Below, piece after piece: positions 40,513 through 45,831 of a stretch of 45,831 nucleotides of DNA. The position numbers were made by a program, and so were the translations under genes. Where the stretch lies: positions 1-45,831 of the forward strand of contig JACPBO010000036.1 in the NCBI GenBank assembly GCA_016180285.1. Reading direction: 5' to 3'. Position 1 is the first letter of the stretch, and every line of letters starts with the position of its first letter. The DNA comes from Candidatus Woesearchaeota archaeon. GTDB lineage: Archaea > Nanobdellota > Nanobdellia > Woesearchaeales > JACPBO01. The notes under the pieces were generated by a model. It made no database searches and had not been told where the DNA came from. It was given only the letters and a program-made list of their open reading frames with translations.

Positions 40513-40890
40513 ATGAAAAGTAAAGAAGCTCGAAAAGAACTTGGAGAAATAGTCAGAGTGATTTCAGAATTAGATAGAACCAAACTTGGCGGTAAAATAA
40601 AAGATAATAGATTGCATATGGACATTGTTGTATTGGACCACCCCCTACATGTTTTTAGTAAAAGAAAGGGGAAACAGCTTTATTTTAGTATCATGAAGAA
40701 TGAGCCATCTGTTTATGGTTATGTATATCTTGGTGAAAGAGAAAAGGGGAAACATGATTTTCATTTATCTTTCAATTGTTCTATAATAAAATCAGTAGAG
40801 TCTTTAGTCCCAAAAGATGAGATTAAGACTTTAGATCTAAATGGTTATGAGGTAGAAATGCGTTATTTTCGTTCTTTGGCAAGGTTCTGA
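40513..40890 (+). CDS. hypothetical protein (orphan)
   Basis: 125-aa ORF, TTTATAAA box upstream. Confidence 0.65.
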   Translation: MKSKEARKELGEIVRVISELDRTKLGGKIKDNRLHMDIVVLDHPLHVFSKRKGKQLYFSIMKNEPSVYGYVYLGEREKGKHDFHLSFNCSIIKSVESLVPKDEIKTLDLNGYEVEMRYFRSLARF

Positions 40891-41001
40891 GAGTTGTTAT
40901 CTCAAGAGCGAACGAGTGAAGAACATTAAACTTTTCAGTTCCGCCTAGCTCAATTTTCAGAAATCTTTTTAAACTAAAACAGTAAATTAACTTCATCACT
41001 T

Positions 41002-41334
41002 ATGGAGGTTTTCAGCATGGCAAAAGAAGAAGAAAACGAAGAGGAATTTGAAGATTACGATGAAGATTCTGAAGAAGATCAGAAAAAAACTGAAAAGAAG
41101 GAAGAGCCTGAAGAAAAAAGCGAAGCTGAAGAAACAGAAGAAGATTCTGAAGAAGAAGAATCAAAAGAAGAAACTGAAGAGAAAGAGCCTGAAAGCGAAG
41201 AAGATAAAACAACAGAAGAAGCTGAAGAAGAGAGTGAGGAACCAGATGATGACGAGTCTGAGGAAGACAGGCTTAAGAAAAGAAAGAAGAAAGGCGAAGA
41301 AATAGAGGAGGATGAAGAAGAATTTGAAGAATAA
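41002..41334 (+). CDS. highly acidic low-complexity protein
   Basis: E/D-rich; GGAGG before the second Met (41017) suggests that start. Confidence 0.65.
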   Translation: MEVFSMAKEEENEEEFEDYDEDSEEDQKKTEKKEEPEEKSEAEETEEDSEEEESKEETEEKEPESEEDKTTEEAEEESEEPDDDESEEDRLKKRKKKGEEIEEDEEEFEE

Positions 41335-41337
41335 ATT

Positions 41338-41763
41338 TTATTTTCTATTTATTTCTGGCTTGTACTGGCAGATATAAAAAACATAGTCAAGCACTGCTAA
41401 GTTCAGCGTTGTATGCGCAGGCGCTATTATACTCCCATATTTTTGCAGTGTTGATTCTGGGCCGTCGTTAACCGAGGCAAATAAGCGGCCATTAAGAACG
41501 ATCATTGTTGCCCTATTTCCCAATATACTGAATTCATACCTCCCAGGAGTTATAACACCAACAGTAGAGTCATGTTCTAGTAGTTTAACCAATCTTCTGC
41601 TCACAATAATTCCAGTTGGGAATTCACAAGCATTAGGAGGTTCAACTGCAAATTCTCCAGATAATAAATCACTTATTTCAGGATTTTCCTTCCTCAAAAC
41701 TGATGCATTCGGATATTTATCCAGTAATTTTCTTATTGCTTCTTTCTTGTTCATGATTTTCAC
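41338..41763 (-). CDS. hypothetical protein, cupin-like (DUF1255/PpnP-like)
   Basis: TVGVITPGRYEFS...MIVLNG beta-rich pattern (tentative). Confidence 0.55.
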   Translation of the reverse strand: MKIMNKKEAIRKLLDKYPNASVLRKENPEISDLLSGEFAVEPPNACEFPTGIIVSRRLVKLLEHDSTVGVITPGRYEFSILGNRATMIVLNGRLFASVNDGPESTLQKYGSIIAPAHTTLNLAVLDYVFYICQYKPEINRK

Positions 41764-42290
41764 CTGTTCCTTGAATAATTGTCAACCACAAAATCAAGGC
41801 ATTTGCGGATTACAGGGATCGAAGAAGGCAGATGTTTTTTGACAAAATCAGCAATTCCTTTTCCTGCTCCGCTATAATAAAAATCTGTAAATGCCCTGCC
41901 AAATGGGTTTTGCATTAAAACATCACGTTTAAATTCCTGAAGTCTTAGAACATTCGGATGATTTGCATCGCCATAAACAGCAGTTGCAATAAAACATTCC
42001 TCGAGAAATTCATCAGATTCTCGCGGGTATATATCGGCAATAACTTTAATTTCTCCCAGATCATTGATGTGAAAGTATTCTGTATCACCCACCTTGATCA
42101 AGCCTTCTTTTAATCTATCCTGCTTAGAAAGATCTGCAAATTCTTTTAATTCGCCTTCTACCTCCTTGCTGCATACAAAGATGTCAGCATAAAGTTCTTC
42201 TTTTGAAGATCCGGCGTCTAACTTAAGCAGACCGTCTTCCAGTTTATCTTTATCTTGCTTTTCAAATGGAAGTGCCTTCACGCTTATCAT
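41760..42290 (-). CDS. protein with CFI-box C-terminal domain
   Basis: CFIATAVYG...V..L..F...VL....FGRAF..FYY. Confidence 0.75.
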   Translation of the reverse strand: MISVKALPFEKQDKDKLEDGLLKLDAGSSKEELYADIFVCSKEVEGELKEFADLSKQDRLKEGLIKVGDTEYFHINDLGEIKVIADIYPRESDEFLEECFIATAVYGDANHPNVLRLQEFKRDVLMQNPFGRAFTDFYYSGAGKGIADFVKKHLPSSIPVIRKCLDFVVDNYSRNR

Positions 42291-42400
42291 TGGCTTTAAG
42301 AATAAAGCTCCATTTATAAATTTTGCTGTTGTGACTACTGCCGAATAATCTCAATATAAAAACCAATACATTTTTATTTGAAAAGGCATTTTCTGATAAT

Positions 42401-43390
42401 ATGAGCAACAAGCTGCCGTTCGAATTAATAGAGTACAAGATCTTAATTAAAAAGCCCTCTGAAACTTCTGAAAAATACGGCTGCATTCCGGAAGACAGAA
42501 AGACAGAAGAGATCATAGAATACGGAATAATCAACTTAGACAAGCCAAAAGGCCCGACATCGCACCAGGTTTCTGCTTATGTCCAGAAGATTTTAGGGAT
42601 TTCAAAGTCAGGGCATTCTGGAACATTGGATCCGGCTGTTACAGGCATTCTTCCGGTTGCGCTTGGCAGGGCAACAAGGATTGTACAGACATTATTGCCA
42701 GCAGGAAAAGAATATATCTGCCTGATGCACATTCATAAACAAATAGAAGAGAGCTTATTGAGAAAAGTTCTAGATGATTTCCTAGGGAAGATAAGGCAGC
42801 TGCCTCCGATAAAAAGCTCTGTAAAAAGAGTGGAAAGGACAAGGGAAATATATTATCTCGAAATTCTTGAAATCCAGGACCAGGACATTTTGTTCATAGT
42901 AGGCTGCCAGGCAGGAACATACATAAGAAAACTGTGCGATGATATTGGAAAAAAACTTGGCTGCGGAGCCCATATGGCGGAATTAAGAAGGACAAAAGCA
43001 GGGCCTTTCAAGGAAGATGAAAGCCTGTCCACGCTGCAGGACCTGACAGATGCATTCTATTATTACAAAAAAGAGAACAATGGAAAATTCATCAGAAAAA
43101 TAATACTTCAGATTGAACATGCTGTTTCTCACCTTCCAAAAGCATGGGTATTGGATACCACAGTTGACAGCCTGTGCCACGGATCAGATTTGAAGATTCC
43201 GGGAATAAGCAAATTAAATGATAAAATAATTTTCAGCGATATGGTCGCTGTAATGACTTTAAAAAACGAACTAATAGCGATCGGCATAGCAAAGATGAAT
43301 TCTGAAGAGATCATGAAAAAGGACAAGGGCGTTGCTGTGAAGATCGAAAAAGTGTTCATGCAGCCCAATACTTATCCGAGGATTTCTTGA
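42401..43390 (+). CDS. cbf5: H/ACA pseudouridine synthase Cbf5 (TruB family) with PUA domain
   Basis: DKPKGPTSHQV, GHSGTLDP, GTYIRKLC, ELRRTKAG. Confidence 0.96.
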   Translation: MSNKLPFELIEYKILIKKPSETSEKYGCIPEDRKTEEIIEYGIINLDKPKGPTSHQVSAYVQKILGISKSGHSGTLDPAVTGILPVALGRATRIVQTLLPAGKEYICLMHIHKQIEESLLRKVLDDFLGKIRQLPPIKSSVKRVERTREIYYLEILEIQDQDILFIVGCQAGTYIRKLCDDIGKKLGCGAHMAELRRTKAGPFKEDESLSTLQDLTDAFYYYKKENNGKFIRKIILQIEHAVSHLPKAWVLDTTVDSLCHGSDLKIPGISKLNDKIIFSDMVAVMTLKNELIAIGIAKMNSEEIMKKDKGVAVKIEKVFMQPNTYPRIS

Positions 43391-43538
43391 ATGAAAAAGG
43401 TATGTGGTTTGCGATGACTTCTTACCCGCTACTTTAAAAAATAGCATTATAGAGGGTAAAATTTATTTATTCTAAAATTGTTGCAGAACAAAAAGATTTA
43501 TAAATATAAAGTAATTATCAATCATTAGGTAAAATAAA

Positions 43539-43874
43539 ATGGGCGAGACACCAACTTTCTTAGGAAAAAAGGTTACACTTGATGAAGGATTAGCAATGAC
43601 CCATGAAGAAAGGGACGCATATCAAACTGAAGCTTTGAATAAAAATCAGGAATGGATTGAACATCAGTTAGATTTATATGGCGCAGAATGGGTAATGATT
43701 ATTGATGGAGAAGTTGTAAAACACGGTGTTTCCCTTGAGGACTATCCTAGAGATGAGCTAGTATTATCTACGGGCAGAAAATATAATAAATTTCCATATG
43801 TTTTTGCGAGAAACCCCATAATTAAAGAATCTTCAATTAGTTCTGGAAAACATTTGTGCGATATTGTTAAATAA
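43539..43874 (+). CDS. hypothetical protein (DUF5678-like)
   Basis: NQEWI...YGAEWVMIIDGEVV.HG pattern. Confidence 0.55.
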   Translation: MGETPTFLGKKVTLDEGLAMTHEERDAYQTEALNKNQEWIEHQLDLYGAEWVMIIDGEVVKHGVSLEDYPRDELVLSTGRKYNKFPYVFARNPIIKESSISSGKHLCDIVK

Positions 43875-43937
43875 GTTTCCATTAAAAAAAGAAGATGAAG
43901 CATCGTCTCAATTTATCTCTGAACAGGGGGCATTGAA

Positions 43938-44279
43938 ATGAAGGAATATGTATTGGCCAGGATCAAAGATATTTATTATAAATATAGGCTATTGGGCCCT
44001 AACCCCGAAAACTATCATCCTGCAGGCATCGATATTAGCTTTCTCGTTTTAGAGATGTTTAGCGCAAATAACAATAAATATGCTCCTTCAATAAACGACA
44101 GGATAGTTACATGTGAGCCTGGATTCAAATGGGGGGGCAATAGGCAGGCTGGCGAGGCATCAGTTGAATTTTGCAACCCTGTTTCTGCCAGGGAATTAAA
44201 AGAATTCATGGCGCGTGTTAACGAAGCAAGACGCGATCTAGTTAAATACTGTGAAAGATTTATGCACGCGAGTCAGTGA
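43938..44279 (+). CDS. hypothetical protein
   Basis: 113-aa ORF with AGGGGG RBS-like sequence. Confidence 0.55.
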   Translation: MKEYVLARIKDIYYKYRLLGPNPENYHPAGIDISFLVLEMFSANNNKYAPSINDRIVTCEPGFKWGGNRQAGEASVEFCNPVSARELKEFMARVNEARRDLVKYCERFMHASQ

Positions 44280-44338
44280 ACTGCTGCTGATTTCTTGGAT
44301 CGACCCGCAAGGGTTCTTGCGCGCCCTCGCACTAAAAA

Positions 44339-44854
44339 TTATTGTGGCAAAAGTTTAATATGCTTTCTTTCATTAATTATTCTGTCAGACTCTCTTTTTA
44401 TTGCCGCAAATATTGCAAATTCAGGATTTACTGTAATGCTTATGATGTCCTTGGGAGGTCCGCCTGCAAAGCGATTTTTGAGAGTGGTGCCATCAACAGA
44501 ATGCCATTCTTCAGCTTCTCTTTCCCAGTATTCTTTGTCTTGCTGAGGAATGTGAATTCGTTCCATGATGCAGTCTGCAATATAAATGTTTAATGGATCT
44601 TCAATACAATTGAGATTATGCTCTGATAATGGCCTTGGATTGGCAAAATACCCGCATAAGCCTTGCTCTAAGCCATCGACACATGCTCCTGCAGTTCTCA
44701 GATACATATTAAAATCAAGTATTTCTTTTGATTCCATTGCCAGCATGGCCTTTTTAATCTCCTTATAGAGAATACCTTGATAGCTATCAAATCCACCTAT
44801 AGTCTCTAAGCCGCTTTTTTCTCTCTTGGCTAATTCACAAGTCATATAGACCAA
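44339..44854 (-). CDS. hypothetical protein
   Basis: 171-aa ORF. Confidence 0.6.
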   Translation of the reverse strand: MVYMTCELAKREKSGLETIGGFDSYQGILYKEIKKAMLAMESKEILDFNMYLRTAGACVDGLEQGLCGYFANPRPLSEHNLNCIEDPLNIYIADCIMERIHIPQQDKEYWEREAEEWHSVDGTTLKNRFAGGPPKDIISITVNPEFAIFAAIKRESDRIINERKHIKLLPQ

Positions 44855-44906
44855 TAATCACAATGAGGATATAAATCTTAGTGTTTAATTTATGAATCTT
44901 GAGATT

Positions 44907-45224
44907 TCAGACAAAAAGCTTTTCTCTTACACGATAATTGTTTTCGTATATTTTTTCTATTTCAGAATAATATTTTTTTATTCTTCTGTAAACCTCATTA
45001 AAAAGCGGATGCTGTCCGTAATCTTTTTTTAGTTCTTCTAGCTCTCTTAACTCTTGCCTTACATTTTCTTCAAGTATGCCAAAATCTATTTTCTTACACT
45101 TATGTGAATTAAATATCATCATAAAATCAAGAGCTTTTTCTGTTAGAAGCATCTTAATACCCCTCAATGAATAACCGCCTATAAAGAGGTCTTTTTTTGC
45201 AACTTGTGCTTGTTTATCTCTCAT
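44907..45224 (-). CDS. hypothetical protein
   Basis: 105-aa ORF, 4-nt overlap with the upstream ORF. Confidence 0.6.
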   Translation of the reverse strand: MRDKQAQVAKKDLFIGGYSLRGIKMLLTEKALDFMMIFNSHKCKKIDFGILEENVRQELRELEELKKDYGQHPLFNEVYRRIKKYYSEIEKIYENNYRVREKLFV

Positions 45225-45544
45225 TTTTTCTCTTTTATAATTTTTACAATGCCTTCTAATGGCAACGATTCATCAAAATTTAGTTCGCTCATTTCAACCA
45301 ATGTGTTTATAGATTTAATCAAGTGCCAATAGTTAAAGGATTTTTGTATGTCTTTTCTTTGTTTTGATACCCCTATGTCTGTTGTGCACTTGTCAAATCC
45401 ATCCAGCACCTTTTCATTAGCGGAACTTAAAAATTCTGAAAATGCATCTAAGGACATCTGCATGCATCCTTTTGGCAGCACATTGTATGTTTCTATAATG
45501 TAATGCTTAAGTTCCCCTATCCTTTTGGTTCTATAGTCTGCCAT
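45221..45544 (-). CDS. hypothetical protein
   Basis: 107-aa ORF with AGGGG RBS and TTTATAAA box. Confidence 0.65.
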   Translation of the reverse strand: MADYRTKRIGELKHYIIETYNVLPKGCMQMSLDAFSEFLSSANEKVLDGFDKCTTDIGVSKQRKDIQKSFNYWHLIKSINTLVEMSELNFDESLPLEGIVKIIKEKK

Positions 45545-45794
45545 TTAAACCCCTTTCTGATTATCGTGATTATGGCTGCATTTATAAATTTTGCCCAGAC
45601 ATCCAATGTAGTTATTTAATTATTTAATATACCAGTATACAAAAACGTAACATTTATATACTAGTTATGATATTCGTAGACTTCCTAATCACAATCAATA
45701 TCAAATCATACCGTCATTCATTCGATAACATCACAGCTCACGCAATTATTCTCTTAATAAGCAAAACGATAGCATAAAAAATCGAGGTGAAAAA

Positions 45795-45831
45795 ATGGAG
45801 GAGTTAGAAGTCGGGAACGCAAATATAAAAG
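45795..45831 (+). CDS. start of a CDS truncated by the window end
   Basis: GAGGTGA RBS followed by MEELEVGNANIK. Confidence 0.5.
   Translation, partial: MEELEVGNANIK

Noticed and set aside
41048..41305. Lys-rich histone-like ORF
   Set aside because: Alternate frame of the GAA-rich acidic gene; the RBS supports the acidic frame
1..45831. CRISPR arrays, tRNA/rRNA genes, additional DGR VRs
   Set aside because: None seen by eye; tRNAscan-SE, a CRISPR finder and a TR self-BLAST would be needed to exclude them formally

Overview
Chromosomal segment from an archaeon, most likely DPANN (Woesearchaeota/Pacearchaeota-like). The evidence is the S19e-PDCD5-L39e-L31e operon, Cbf5, ZPR1, SepF, Rad50, archaeal TATA boxes, and short orphan ORFs interleaved with core genes. 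Metabolic genes include GTP-PEPCK, an aspartate aminotransferase, a homocitrate-synthase-like enzyme, bacterial-type MetK, a partial arginine cluster (NAGS-kinase fusion, argC, carA, carB), cob(I)alamin adenosyltransferase, a class II ribonucleotide reductase with three LAGLIDADG inteins, apt and MTAP. The main accessory system is a diversity-generating retroelement (DGR) at 18510-20636. Its TR and VR differ only at template adenines, a GAA-loop hairpin follows the VR, and no avd gene is present. The TR is enclosed in a ~245-nt nested-stem RNA, and the RT is frameshifted at a G12 tract (candidate phase-variable switch). Other notable signals are an RNR intein followed by Lys instead of Cys/Ser/Thr, two inverted homologous ~115-bp structured elements between nrdJ and cobA, and accessory cassettes bracketed by copies of the neighbouring gene's 3' region. 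All alignments and pairings were done by eye; no database searches were run.
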